The notes: generated by a model from the sequence alone, not told the origin. 64,000 bases of DNA from Candidatus Magasanikiibacteriota bacterium (GCA_017991415.1 JAGOQR010000003.1:44279-108278); one strand, 5' to 3'; shown: positions 11,666 through 21,483, counted from the first letter of the stretch. Made by a program: numbers and translations.

Positions 11666-14146
11666 CTATTTATTACGACCGGAACTCCAACGGTAGTATA
11701 GTAATTTTACTGTTTCAGTCGTAGTAATATAACCCAAAACTAGTGCAAATCCAACTAGAAGGGCCGAAGTCGGCTGTACTTTGAATGAAAAAATCTCTCT
11801 TGAAAATCCGATATATGGCAGAGCCAAACTAAGCGGTATTAGAAAAATAGTAAGCACTATTAACAACTTGCTTGGTGTTGCCCCACGTAGAAAAAAACCC
11901 TGGCGGCGAATAGAAAATATAAGTAAAAATTCAGTTAAGACACTACCTACAAACCACATTGTTTGTAAATTTTGTTCACCAAACCTATAAAAATAACTAA
12001 AGAAAGCAAAATCAAAAACAGTACTCACCAATCCTAAAACGGTACAAATTAATACTATTTCCTTTATCTGAAAACCTTTTGGTTTCCGCAACTCCTCTAC
12101 ATCGACATTATCAGTCGCAATAGCGATCATAGGAAAGTCAGTCAAAAAATTTAATAATAAAATTTGTAAAGGCAACATCGGCAAAAAAGGAATAAAGAAA
12201 GAAGCAACCACCATAGCATAGAAATTACCAAAATTTCCTGCCAGCGTACTCTTTATATATTTAAAACTATTTACAAATATTCTTCTTCCTTCTCTTATTC
12301 CATCAATAATTACTTCCAGACTCTTGTTAAGCAAAATAATATCAGCGGTGTCTTTGGCAATATCGGAAGCATTATTTACTACAAGTGCCACATGGGCAGT
12401 TTTGAGTGCGGGCAAATCATTAAACCCCTCTCCTAAATACCCCACAAAATGATTACTTTTTAATAAATTAATGATATCAAATTTTTGCATTGGCGAGACA
12501 CGTGCAAATACATGATATTCCAAAACTGCCTGGTGCTTTGCTTCTCCTAGAGCTTCTAATTCTGATCCAGTAATAACTTTTTCTGGTGAATCTATGAGGC
12601 CAACTTTGCAAGCAATACTACCCGTCACTTCTTTGCTATCTCCAGAGATAATTTTTACCTGAACACCTAAATCTTTTGCTTCTTGCACTGCCTTAATAGT
12701 TGTTGATTTAAGCGGGTCTGCAAAAACAACTAGCCCTACAAAATTAAGCGCCTTTTCTTCTCTCATCAAATCAATTTTTTCTGCAGCGCTCAAATTACAA
12801 TCTAAGTCTTTAATGGCAATAGCAATTACTCTTTTACCTTCTAAACCAAAGGATTTAATTTTTTCTAAAACCTCTTTTTTGGAATAGTCTTCGAACACTG
12901 CACATAAATTTACTAATTCCTCAGCTGCACCTCTTACTACTAATTTACACTGGCCATCTTCTTCAAAAGAAACGCAATTTCTACGACGCTGCGGATCAAA
13001 GGGCATTTCTGCTATTTTTTTAATTTTTTTGACCTCTGCCTGTAGCGCAGCAGATGCATATTCCCAAAGAGCCAAATCAAAAGAATTTTGGCCTGTGTCT
13101 ATTTTATCTTCGGAATTTGAAGCAAGTAAAGCATACCGCAACGTACCATCTTTTTTGATTTCAACAATATTATCTACTTTTAAATGATTTTCAGTAATTG
13201 TTCCAGTCTTATCTGTGCATAAAATATCAATGTTTCCTAAATCCTCAATGGCCGATAATCTTTTTGGCACCACATGTTTTTTGGCCAACTGCAAAGCACC
13301 TCGTGAAAGCGCCATGGTAATAACAAGCGGCAATGCTTCGGGAATAACACCGACTGATAAGGCAATGGCAAATACCACAAACTCAATTACTCGAAAATCG
13401 GATCCGTGTATTAAAAATTGGAATACAAACACCAATACAATAGAAATGACTACCAAACGTAAAATAAAAGAAGAAAACGATTTCATCTCACGCTGAAACG
13501 CACTATCACTTACGGTCTCCAGAGTGACTTTGGCAATTTTTCCTACTTCGGTACTATTTCCTATAGCTACCACTTCACCAGTCGCACTACCCGAGACAAG
13601 TAACGTCCCCCAAAAACCAAGATTATTATTTGAACTCGGAATAACGTCTATACTCTTGGCTGCAGGTAACGACTCTCCTGTAAGAATAGATTCGTCTACC
13701 ATCAAAGAACGAGTTTCTAAAAATTTAATATCAGCAGGAATTTTATCACCAGCTTTTAGCTCAACAATATCCCCCACCACCAAATCTACCACATCAATAA
13801 ATTCTTCTTTGCCATTTCGAATAACATGGGTTTTTTCGGTAATATACTTTTTTAAATCCTGCAAAGATTTTGCCGAATGAAATTCTTGCCAAAAACCAAG
13901 GACTGCGTTAGTTAAAATAAAAATTAAAATAAAAATACCATCTATCTTTTCTCCTAAAACAAAAGAAGCGAGGCCCGCAACAGCCAAAAGATAAATAAAG
14001 GAAGACCTAAACTGATTGATTGCTATATGATACCAACGCACCTCTTTTGAGGTAAGCCTGTTGATACCGTACTGACTACGCCGCGCAAGCACCTCGGTAT
14101 GACTAAGGCCAATTTTATGTTCCATACCAATTATGTTACCGACCAA
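11666..14146 (-). CDS. Cation-transporting P-type ATPase (P2/P3-type, MgtA/Ca2+-ATPase-like)
   Basis: 826 aa with phosphorylation motif DKTGTITEN, hinge motif GDGFNDLPALK, TGES, and about 10 TM segments. The adjacent mgtC suggests Mg2+ specificity, which is an inference. Confidence 0.8.
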   Translation of the reverse strand: MVGNIIGMEHKIGLSHTEVLARRSQYGINRLTSKEVRWYHIAINQFRSSFIYLLAVAGLASFVLGEKIDGIFILIFILTNAVLGFWQEFHSAKSLQDLKKYITEKTHVIRNGKEEFIDVVDLVVGDIVELKAGDKIPADIKFLETRSLMVDESILTGESLPAAKSIDVIPSSNNNLGFWGTLLVSGSATGEVVAIGNSTEVGKIAKVTLETVSDSAFQREMKSFSSFILRLVVISIVLVFVFQFLIHGSDFRVIEFVVFAIALSVGVIPEALPLVITMALSRGALQLAKKHVVPKRLSAIEDLGNIDILCTDKTGTITENHLKVDNIVEIKKDGTLRYALLASNSEDKIDTGQNSFDLALWEYASAALQAEVKKIKKIAEMPFDPQRRRNCVSFEEDGQCKLVVRGAAEELVNLCAVFEDYSKKEVLEKIKSFGLEGKRVIAIAIKDLDCNLSAAEKIDLMREEKALNFVGLVVFADPLKSTTIKAVQEAKDLGVQVKIISGDSKEVTGSIACKVGLIDSPEKVITGSELEALGEAKHQAVLEYHVFARVSPMQKFDIINLLKSNHFVGYLGEGFNDLPALKTAHVALVVNNASDIAKDTADIILLNKSLEVIIDGIREGRRIFVNSFKYIKSTLAGNFGNFYAMVVASFFIPFLPMLPLQILLLNFLTDFPMIAIATDNVDVEELRKPKGFQIKEIVLICTVLGLVSTVFDFAFFSYFYRFGEQNLQTMWFVGSVLTEFLLIFSIRRQGFFLRGATPSKLLIVLTIFLIPLSLALPYIGFSREIFSFKVQPTSALLVGFALVLGYITTTETVKLLYYRWSSGRNK

Positions 14147-14157
14147 CTTTAACTATT

Positions 14158-14583
14158 CTAACTTTTATTACTATTTTTTTCGGCAGCGTTTTTCTTATAC
14201 TCTCCAATTTCCAACATAAAAATACCAAGAACTAGCAAACTAACAACCGAGGCTAAAACATAATATTCAACGCCTACAGCCATACCTATCGCAGCTACCA
14301 TCCACAAACCCGCAGCTGTAGTAAGTCCTTCTACTTTATTTTCTTTATGTAAAATTGTACCTGCACCTAAAAAGCCAATCCCAACTACTATCTGAGAAGC
14401 AATGCGAGAAATATCTGAACCAAAAGCATTAACTGATAAAATTGTGAATAATGCTGAGCCGCCCGCAACGAGTGCATAGGTTCGTGGACCCGCAGATTTA
14501 CCCCAATTTTCTCGCTGCCAACCTAATATGCCCCCTAAAATTATGGCTAAAACCACATGCAAAACCATATACAACTCCCCCAT
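14158..14583 (-). CDS. mgtC: MgtC/SapB family membrane protein
   Basis: 141 aa with the conserved MgtC core (LGGILGWQRE and GIGFLGAGTILHKENKVEGLTTAAGLWMVAAIGMAVG). Confidence 0.75.
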   Translation of the reverse strand: MGELYMVLHVVLAIILGGILGWQRENWGKSAGPRTYALVAGGSALFTILSVNAFGSDISRIASQIVVGIGFLGAGTILHKENKVEGLTTAAGLWMVAAIGMAVGVEYYVLASVVSLLVLGIFMLEIGEYKKNAAEKNSNKS

Positions 14584-14713
14584 ATACTTCTAACATTAAC
14601 TAAATAATAACAGCCTTATTATATCACCAGTTGACGTTTTTGTTAATTATTGATAGAATATTTTTACTTTTTTAAAGCTACTGTACTAAACAGTTTTTTT
14701 CAATCTAAATAAA

Positions 14714-14786
14714 GGGCCCTTAGCTCATTTGGTAGAGCACCGCGTTTGCAACGCGGGGGTGATCGGTTCGAGCCCGATAGGGTCCA
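14714..14786 (+). tRNA. tRNA-Ala (anticodon TGC)
   Basis: Cloverleaf with acceptor GGGCCCT/AGGGTCC, D-loop AGCTCATTTGGTAGAGC, anticodon stem-loop CCGCG-TTTGCAA-CGCGG and T-loop GGTTCGAGCC. Confidence 0.8.
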
Positions 14787-14798
14787 CAAAAAAACCCA

Positions 14799-14871
14799 GC
14801 CGCGGTAGCTCATCGGTAGAGCGCAGCCCTGAAGAGGCTGGCGTGGTCAGTTCGACTCTGACCCGCGGCAC
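14799..14871 (+). tRNA. tRNA-Phe (anticodon GAA)
   Basis: Acceptor GCCGCGG/CCGCGGC, anticodon stem-loop CAGCC-CTGAAGA-GGCTG, T-loop GGTCAGTTCGACTCTGACC. Confidence 0.8.
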
Positions 14872-14882
14872 AAAGAAAATAA

Positions 14883-14956
14883 CGGGGTATGGCTCAATTG
14901 GCTAGAGCACCTGGTTTGGGACCAGGGGATTGTGGGTTCAAGTCCCACTACCCCGA
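14883..14956 (+). tRNA. tRNA-Pro (anticodon TGG)
   Basis: Acceptor CGGGGTA/TACCCCG, anticodon stem-loop CCTGG-TTTGGGA-CCAGG, T-loop GGGTTCAAGTCCC. Confidence 0.8.
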
Positions 14957-14960
14957 CACG

Positions 14961-14987
14961 AAAAAACACCTAATGAGGTGTTTTTTG
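14961..14987 (+). terminator. Rho-independent terminator after the tRNA cluster
   Basis: Hairpin aacacc-taatg-aggtgtt followed by TTTTTT. Confidence 0.55.
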
Positions 14988-15058
14988 ATTGTTCTAGAAT
15001 AGACTATAAGTTGTAGATATGATATTATCGCTACGTTAGTTATTAAAATAACAGAGCT

Positions 15059-15826
15059 ATGAAAAAATTTATTTTGGTTAGTTTGGTTTTAATATTGTTA
15101 GGTGCGGGTTGTAAGAATTCCGAACCAATACAACCAACCACGAACCTAACTAATAACCATACAGATACTACAAACACTGCCAGTCCTAGCATAACACCCT
15201 CTGAAAAAGAACCGGTTTTTATCATTGAAAACACTTCAACGCCATATATAATATTTAACAGCCTTAGAAAAGACATCCATAATTACAGAAAGTTTGATCG
15301 GACGCCTGATGATATGACAGTGGCTAAAAAACGAATACTCGAACTTCCAAGTGACGCCACCCTTCTTGATCAAGTTTATTTTAAAGATCAAAAAGTAATT
15401 GTATTTAGTTTTTTACTTGATGATAGAGAAATTTTGGGCGCTGATCGACCTACAGACACAGCATTGTACTTATATGACTTAAAAAGTCACCGGTTGCAAA
15501 CACTTGGCACAATCAAGAGTCTTCGCCTATCCGCAGATACACCATATTTATTCATAGACAAACTTTCTTCCGACTCTCGTTATCTTAGCATATACAGCAC
15601 TGGTTGCCTTTTCTGCGACGATATTTTTGGATTGTTTGACGGACCCCTGGTTACTCTTTTAGATATACAAACTCTTACTACAAAAAATGTTGGACACTTA
15701 ATTGATTTTGAGTGGCTTTCCAGTGGAAAGTATCAATATAAAGAATTCATCGAAACCGAACCATGCGAAGTAGGTGTTTGCCATAAAGCACCGTCGGAGC
15801 TGCCGTGGAAACAAGGTAGTTTTTAG
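15059..15826 (+). CDS. Putative lipoprotein of unknown function
   Basis: 255 aa. Signal peptide plus lipobox (MKKFILVSLVLILLGAGC) and a Thr/Asn-rich linker. No recognisable catalytic motif. Confidence 0.5.
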   Translation: MKKFILVSLVLILLGAGCKNSEPIQPTTNLTNNHTDTTNTASPSITPSEKEPVFIIENTSTPYIIFNSLRKDIHNYRKFDRTPDDMTVAKKRILELPSDATLLDQVYFKDQKVIVFSFLLDDREILGADRPTDTALYLYDLKSHRLQTLGTIKSLRLSADTPYLFIDKLSSDSRYLSIYSTGCLFCDDIFGLFDGPLVTLLDIQTLTTKNVGHLIDFEWLSSGKYQYKEFIETEPCEVGVCHKAPSELPWKQGSF

Positions 15827-15891
15827 GGTAGTATCAAGCTTCATTCCGAAGTAAATAAGTTCCAACTTCGTCCCACAAGGCCGACACATAT

Positions 15892-15928
15892 AAAAAATAC
15901 ACTCATTAAATTGAGTGTATTTTTTATA
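15892..15928 (+). terminator. Rho-independent terminator of the lipoprotein gene
   Basis: Hairpin atacactca-ttaaat-tgagtgtat followed by TTTTTT. Confidence 0.6.
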
Positions 15929-16146
15929 CTATGTAGATATTTTTTGACCGACATACAAAGCCATGGTAGCATACTGGTGCTTTAATGCTATACTCCAATT
16001 TATTATGCTTCAAAATAAATATACAAATACTTGGTCAGGCTTTACCCACAGCACCCTCCTCCTCCGATAGTCGGGACTGCTTTTTTGTATATGCACCCGC
16101 CCTATCGGCGGTTTTTTTATTTGTGCTTATTTATTAACCTAGCCCT

Positions 16147-16782
16147 ATGATTCAATTTACAGAAAAATCTTTTAAAAAATTAATTATTGTTCTCGGCATC
16201 TATCTTACCTCTTTGTTTGCTGCCAATACCCTTGGACTTAAACTTATGCCATTTATCCTCGGCACCAACTTATCTGTGGCTGTATTTTCTTTCCCAGTAG
16301 TGTTTCTAATGACCGATGTTATCGGCGAAGTCTACGGCAAGCAAGTGGCCAAACTATTTGTCTTGGCTGGTTTTGTTGGCACTGCTTTATTTATCGCCTA
16401 TTCTTTTTTATCTCTTGCTATGCCCTGGTCTCCATCAGAAGAGTGGGCTCGGGATGGATACAACCAAGTTTTTGGTCTTTCCGTGCGCATATCAATCGCT
16501 TCGCTACTCGCCTTCCTTATTGCAGAGTATCAGGATGTCTTTGTTTTTTTCTTTTTCCGAAAAAAACTTAATGGCAAGTTTTTCTGGCTGCAATCTATAC
16601 TCTCCAATATCTGGTCGCAGCTTCTTGACACAGCAATTTTTATGATTGTCGCTTTTGCAGGTGTCTACTCGACAAGTGCTCTTATAAATATTATTATCTC
16701 CTGGTGGCTTTACAAGGTGGTGATGGGTATTTTGTATACACCCCTCTCCTATGTTGGAATTTTTTTACTAAAAAAAGAATAA
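16147..16782 (+). CDS. yhhQ: YhhQ/COG1738 family queuosine-precursor transporter (membrane protein)
   Basis: 211 aa and multi-TM, with the family-typical FPVVFLMTDVIGEVYGK segment. Confidence 0.65.
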   Translation: MIQFTEKSFKKLIIVLGIYLTSLFAANTLGLKLMPFILGTNLSVAVFSFPVVFLMTDVIGEVYGKQVAKLFVLAGFVGTALFIAYSFLSLAMPWSPSEEWARDGYNQVFGLSVRISIASLLAFLIAEYQDVFVFFFFRKKLNGKFFWLQSILSNIWSQLLDTAIFMIVAFAGVYSTSALINIIISWWLYKVVMGILYTPLSYVGIFLLKKE

Positions 16783-16789
16783 TTGTCGT

Positions 16790-17524
16790 ATGCTTATAAA
16801 ACCAATAAAAACACGTATTTTCCAAGAAGGTGAAAATCTCTTACAATTTATAACCAACCACATCAAAAAACTACCTGAGGAGTCTGTGCTCATAATTACC
16901 TCAAAAATCGTAGCTCTCGCAGAAAAACGCACCGCTATAATTACAGACGAGCGTGCTAAAGAAAAATTAATCCGTTCTGAAAGCCAAATAGCTATGCGCA
17001 CCAAATATGTTTGGCTTACCGTAAAAGATAATATGGTAATGCCGTCCGCAGGAATAGATGAATCAAATGCAAATGGCAAATTAATTCTTCTACCGAAAAA
17101 CAGTTTTAAAACTGCCAACTCACTCTGGTTAGCCCTTAGAAAAAAATATAATATAAAAAACTTAGGGGTAATTATTACTGACAGTCACACCATGCCGCTC
17201 CGCGCCGGAGTTATTGCTATGGCGCTCGGATATGCAGGTTTTAAAGGGCTCAAAACATATATTGGTAAGACAGATATCTTTGGCCGTACCTTTCGTTTTT
17301 CTAATGTAAATGTTGCCGATAGTTTGTCCACAGCAGCCGCTTTTACCATGGGCGAAGGTAACGAACAACAGCCGCTTGCGCTGATAACTAAGGCAAAAAT
17401 TGATTTTTGTGAAAAAATAAAAAAGAACGAACTGCATATCGACTTACGAGAAGATATGTATATGCCTCTTTTTTCTACAATGCCTGCTCAAAAAGGAGAC
17501 GCCAAAAAACCTGCCCTACTATAG
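16790..17524 (+). CDS. CofE-like protein (F420-0:gamma-glutamyl ligase family, PF01996-like)
   Basis: 244 aa. IITSKIVALAEKR resembles the CofE VVSQKVVSKAEGR region. The size and Gly-rich C-terminal half fit the family. The function in an organism unlikely to make F420 is unknown. Confidence 0.5.
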   Translation: MLIKPIKTRIFQEGENLLQFITNHIKKLPEESVLIITSKIVALAEKRTAIITDERAKEKLIRSESQIAMRTKYVWLTVKDNMVMPSAGIDESNANGKLILLPKNSFKTANSLWLALRKKYNIKNLGVIITDSHTMPLRAGVIAMALGYAGFKGLKTYIGKTDIFGRTFRFSNVNVADSLSTAAAFTMGEGNEQQPLALITKAKIDFCEKIKKNELHIDLREDMYMPLFSTMPAQKGDAKKPALL

Positions 17525-17589
17525 TGTGTAGTTGACCTGTATCAAATTTTGAAATATAATCCATATATTACTTATATAAACATCTTTCT

Positions 17590-18330
17590 ATGGAACAAGC
17601 CGATCAAAATCTGAGTAAAAAAGAACGCCAAGAATTAAAACGAGAAGAAAAATTAGACAAACAAGCCCAGGAAAGAAATAAAAAAAGACTTACTTCTATA
17701 ATTTTATGGTCATTTATTACTCTCTTTGTAGGAGGAACTACAGCTCTCATGATAGCCTTGGCTGCCAAAAATCCTACCGCTCAATTTGTTGACGGCACAG
17801 TAAAAGCTGCCGACGCAACAGATTGGACAAAAGGAGCGCCACTTACAGAAGCCAAGGTAGTATTAACCGAGTACAGCGACTTCCAATGCCCAGCGTGCGG
17901 AGCCTACTACCCAATGGTCAAAAAACTAGGAACTGATTTTAAAAATGTAACAATTGTCTACCGTCACTTCCCATTACCACAACATAAAAATGCCAGAACC
18001 GCAGCTCAAGCAGCCGAAGCTGCAGGTCGACAAGGAAAATTCTGGGAAATGCATGACATGCTTTTTGAAAATCAAAATTTCTGGTCAGATTCAAATTCCG
18101 CTGAAGAAATATTTTCTACCTATGCCCAAAAACTGGCACTGGATTTAGAAAAATATAAGTCTGATTTCAATTCTAGTGCTGCTAAAACAAAAATTACTTC
18201 TGATTATCAGAGCGGTGCCAACGAAATTGACGGAACCCCTACTTTCTTTTTAAATAATAAAAAAATACAAAACCCAAGAACATATGAAGAATTTAGAAGC
18301 ATCATCCAACAAGCCGGTAGCACCCTCTAA
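17590..18330 (+). CDS. DsbA-family thiol:disulfide oxidoreductase (membrane-anchored, thioredoxin fold)
   Basis: 246 aa with an N-terminal TM, the CxxC active site (FQCPACGAYYP) and a thioredoxin-like remainder. Confidence 0.75.
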   Translation: MEQADQNLSKKERQELKREEKLDKQAQERNKKRLTSIILWSFITLFVGGTTALMIALAAKNPTAQFVDGTVKAADATDWTKGAPLTEAKVVLTEYSDFQCPACGAYYPMVKKLGTDFKNVTIVYRHFPLPQHKNARTAAQAAEAAGRQGKFWEMHDMLFENQNFWSDSNSAEEIFSTYAQKLALDLEKYKSDFNSSAAKTKITSDYQSGANEIDGTPTFFLNNKKIQNPRTYEEFRSIIQQAGSTL

Positions 18331-18766
18331 ACTCCCTCTTTTTGCTTTCCCAGTTTTAGGCGCTGTTGGTTTTTCCGATGCGACCTATCTTACGGTCAAG
18401 CATTTTTTAGGTACAACTGTCCCCTGCTCAATTTTGCATGGTTGCGAACAAGTTCTCTCTAGCAAATATTCCTCCATTTGGGGCATACCAGTGGCTCTTT
18501 TTGGATCTTTATACTACCTCACTATCCTAATCTTGGCGGCTATATACATAGAAACACGAAATGTATTATTCCTTAAAATCTCCGCTGTCTTAACCTGCTT
18601 TGGCTTTGCAGCCTCTCTAGGTTTTGTATACCTGCAAATTTTTGTTATCAAATCAATTTGCTTATACTGCATGGGGTCAGCCCTAACTTCGACCCTGCTA
18701 TTTATAGCAGGTATGATATTTTTAGCAAAACACAAAGCAGCCACCCCTATTACCCAAAATAGCTAG
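18284..18766 (+). CDS. Vitamin K epoxide reductase (VKOR) family protein
   Basis: 160 aa and multi-TM, with the CxxC (CLYC) and conserved VKOR loop cysteines (VPCSILHGCEQV). The annotated start overlaps the dsbA-like gene by 47 bp, so the exact start is uncertain. Confidence 0.65.
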   Translation: MKNLEASSNKPVAPSKLPLFAFPVLGAVGFSDATYLTVKHFLGTTVPCSILHGCEQVLSSKYSSIWGIPVALFGSLYYLTILILAAIYIETRNVLFLKISAVLTCFGFAASLGFVYLQIFVIKSICLYCMGSALTSTLLFIAGMIFLAKHKAATPITQNS

Positions 18767-18787
18767 GTATATAAAACTCAAACAAAA

Positions 18788-18816
18788 AACCGTTGATAAC
18801 GATCAACGGTTTTTTA
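18788..18816. terminator. Bidirectional terminator between VKOR (+) and malic enzyme (-)
   Basis: Perfect hairpin aaccgttgat-aac-gatcaacggtt with an A-run on one side and a T-run on the other. Confidence 0.65.
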
Positions 18817-18818
18817 AT

Positions 18819-19961
18819 TTATTTAATAGCTTTTGCAACCAACTTAGCTACACCTTTATCAAATGGTTTTGGTAATATATTATCTACATCTGGCTTCTTT
18901 ACATACCGAGCCAAATTTTCAGCTGCTTTTACAAGCATCATTTCTGTAATCTGCGTAACATTATTATCAAGTGCTCCTCTAAAAATTCCTGGAAAAGCTA
19001 ACACATTGTTTATTTGGTTAGGAAAATCAGATCTCCCAGTACCTACTATATACGCCCCACCAGCTCGCGCCTCATCTGGCATAATCTCTGGCACAGGGTT
19101 GGCAAGCACCAAAATAATTGGCTTAGCATTCATTGTTCGTACTTCATTTCTCGTAATAATATTTGGCCCACTTAAACCAATAAACACATCTGTATTTTTT
19201 ATCACTTCTTTTAGATCTTTATCGGCTTGTCTACCCTGTCGGGTGAGCTCCGCCAATTCCATTTTGGCAGGATTAATATCTGTTCTACCTTTATGAATAA
19301 GCCCTTTAGAATCACAAATAGCCACATTTGTAATTCCGTAATTAATTAAAATCTTGGCCACAGCTGTTCCTGCTGCACCTGCACCACTAATAGCAACTTT
19401 AGCTTTACTTTTATCTAGTTTTTTTATTTTAAGGGCGTTTATCATGGCCGCCAAAACCACTACGGCTGTTCCGTGCTGGTCATCGTGCATCACTGGAATA
19501 GACAACTCTCTTTTTAACCTTTCTTCGATCTCAAAACATCGTGGCGCCGAAATATCTTCTAGATTTATACCACCAAAAACTGGCGCCAAATATTTTATAG
19601 TCTTAATAATTTCTTCGGTGTCCTGAGTATCCAAACAAATAGGAAAAGCATCTACCCCGCCAAATTCTTTAAACAGAACAGCCTTACCTTCCATAACAGG
19701 AATAGCTGCCTCTGCTCCCAAATTTCCTAAACCCAAAATTGCCGAACCGTCCGAAATAACGGCCACTGTATTTTTCTTTATCGTATATTCACGGGCTAAA
19801 CTTTTATCTTTGCCAATTACTCGACATACTTCAGCCACCCCAGGTGTGTAGGCCAAAGACAAGTCTCTCTTATTTTTTATAGCCACCTTACTTTTTAACT
19901 CCAATTTTCCATGAAATTTTTTATGGAGCTTGAGCGAATCTTTATATACTGTATCTAACAT
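18819..19961 (-). CDS. NAD(P)-dependent malic enzyme (malate dehydrogenase, decarboxylating)
   Basis: 380 aa with malic-enzyme N-terminal (LSLAYTPGVAEVC) and NAD-binding (VAISGAGAAGTAVAKIL) regions. Confidence 0.8.
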   Translation of the reverse strand: MLDTVYKDSLKLHKKFHGKLELKSKVAIKNKRDLSLAYTPGVAEVCRVIGKDKSLAREYTIKKNTVAVISDGSAILGLGNLGAEAAIPVMEGKAVLFKEFGGVDAFPICLDTQDTEEIIKTIKYLAPVFGGINLEDISAPRCFEIEERLKRELSIPVMHDDQHGTAVVVLAAMINALKIKKLDKSKAKVAISGAGAAGTAVAKILINYGITNVAICDSKGLIHKGRTDINPAKMELAELTRQGRQADKDLKEVIKNTDVFIGLSGPNIITRNEVRTMNAKPIILVLANPVPEIMPDEARAGGAYIVGTGRSDFPNQINNVLAFPGIFRGALDNNVTQITEMMLVKAAENLARYVKKPDVDNILPKPFDKGVAKLVAKAIK

Positions 19962-19976
19962 ACGGACAAAATTAAA

Positions 19977-20195
19977 TTAAAAAATTTGAACAACTTTATT
20001 TTTACTCGTAAATCCTTTTTTTACCACCACCGTTGATTGCGCCACGTTAAAGTACTTTGCCACGGCCCGACAGACAGCTTTGTTTGCTAATCCGTTTTGC
20101 GGCGGCTCTTTTACGGCCACTACAAAATGCGTTTCATCTATTTTTTCTATTTTCTCCTCATATGCGTTTGGCTTAACCTTAATATGTATCTGCAT
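19977..20195 (-). CDS. DUF167/YggU family protein
   Basis: Small protein with IKVKPNA...GLANKAVCRAVAKYF...VVVKKGFTSKNKVVQI, which matches the YggU family pattern. The start is placed at the internal Met because the upstream extension overlaps the neighbouring gene. Confidence 0.5.
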   Translation of the reverse strand: MQIHIKVKPNAYEEKIEKIDETHFVVAVKEPPQNGLANKAVCRAVAKYFNVAQSTVVVKKGFTSKNKVVQIF

Positions 20196-21477
20196 ACAAA
20201 ATAAGTACACTTGCGATTAAAATCCAGAATAAAAATGCTAGGTCATTTTTAAAATACGGCACATCTACCAGTCCATGCACAACCAAAACGGTAAAAGCAG
20301 CCATGGTTCCTGCCCCCATTATTACATTATTCTTTCTAATTTTATTCCCCAAATAAAAAATATAGCTTATCATTACCACCACCGCCAACATGCCTAGCAA
20401 ACCAATCTCCGTCCAAAAATTTAACAATATATTATGCGGATAAATAAGCCTCTCCATAACATACTTATCATAATACGGTTTTTGTACTTTTCTAAAAAAC
20501 TGCCGAACACCTGTACCTAAAACAAAATTCTTCGGAGACTCTTTCAAAAAAGTCCAGGAATAGCCCCAGAGTCTAAGGCGATTTTTGTTTGCCTGATCTT
20601 GGAATAAAACCGCCTCACGCATAGAGGGTACTCCTAAAGAAAACACAATTCCTGCTATCGCAAGGCCGACTGCTATTTTTTTATATCCAACAAAAAATAT
20701 AAAGACCAAAATACCTGCCCCCACACCAATCCAAGCACCTTGGGATTTGGTAAAAATTACAGCAAATACAGCCAAGAATGCCATTGCAAAAAGTGCTAAT
20801 GTAGCAGGGCGACGAAATAAGTCTGTCATTTTTACTACCATTCCTTGAGCCTGCTTTATTGTATTAACCAAAACAGTTGTCACCAGCATCAGAATAGGAG
20901 CAACATACAAACCAACAGCATTGGGAGAACTAAAAAATGCAGTTACTCTACGGGTGGCCGCATTTGTCCATTCTGGCGTAGCTATCCCCCAACCAGTAAA
21001 CTTCTGCGCAGCAGAAAAAATAGTAATACTAAGAGTAGAAAGTCCCAAAGCCCAAAACAAATCATTATTTTTAAAAATCTCTTTCCGTCCAATTAGGATA
21101 AAAAAGAATACTACTGGTTCCAAAAAATATGCTCGCCATTCTCCAAAAGAAGGTATAGGCATATCGCTCACAAAAATACTAACAACCGAAGATAAAAAAA
21201 ATACACCTATAGCAACAGAAAACACGCGGTGCAACGTACAAAAATTAACAATTCTAGCAATATCGTAACGACTGTATTTTAAAAACCAAACTAGAAATAT
21301 GGCTGCAAAAGAAAATTCCAATATTGTAGAGGGGAATACTATCTTTCCTACTTGAAAAAGATTAAACCTAACTAGATAGGTCGGAAGCAGCACAACAAAC
21401 AACAAAATAGCCCATCGAAAATTTTTCCAGCTGAGTAAACAAAAAAGTAAAAAATAAATGCTAATCAAAAAAATCAT
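20179..21477 (-). CDS. O-antigen ligase/polymerase-like (Wzy_C family) polytopic membrane protein
   Basis: 432 aa with about 10-12 TM helices and a central periplasmic loop. Confidence 0.5.
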   Translation of the reverse strand: MIFLISIYFLLFCLLSWKNFRWAILLFVVLLPTYLVRFNLFQVGKIVFPSTILEFSFAAIFLVWFLKYSRYDIARIVNFCTLHRVFSVAIGVFFLSSVVSIFVSDMPIPSFGEWRAYFLEPVVFFFILIGRKEIFKNNDLFWALGLSTLSITIFSAAQKFTGWGIATPEWTNAATRRVTAFFSSPNAVGLYVAPILMLVTTVLVNTIKQAQGMVVKMTDLFRRPATLALFAMAFLAVFAVIFTKSQGAWIGVGAGILVFIFFVGYKKIAVGLAIAGIVFSLGVPSMREAVLFQDQANKNRLRLWGYSWTFLKESPKNFVLGTGVRQFFRKVQKPYYDKYVMERLIYPHNILLNFWTEIGLLGMLAVVVMISYIFYLGNKIRKNNVIMGAGTMAAFTVLVVHGLVDVPYFKNDLAFLFWILIASVLILYADTY

Positions 21478-21483
21478 AGGGCC

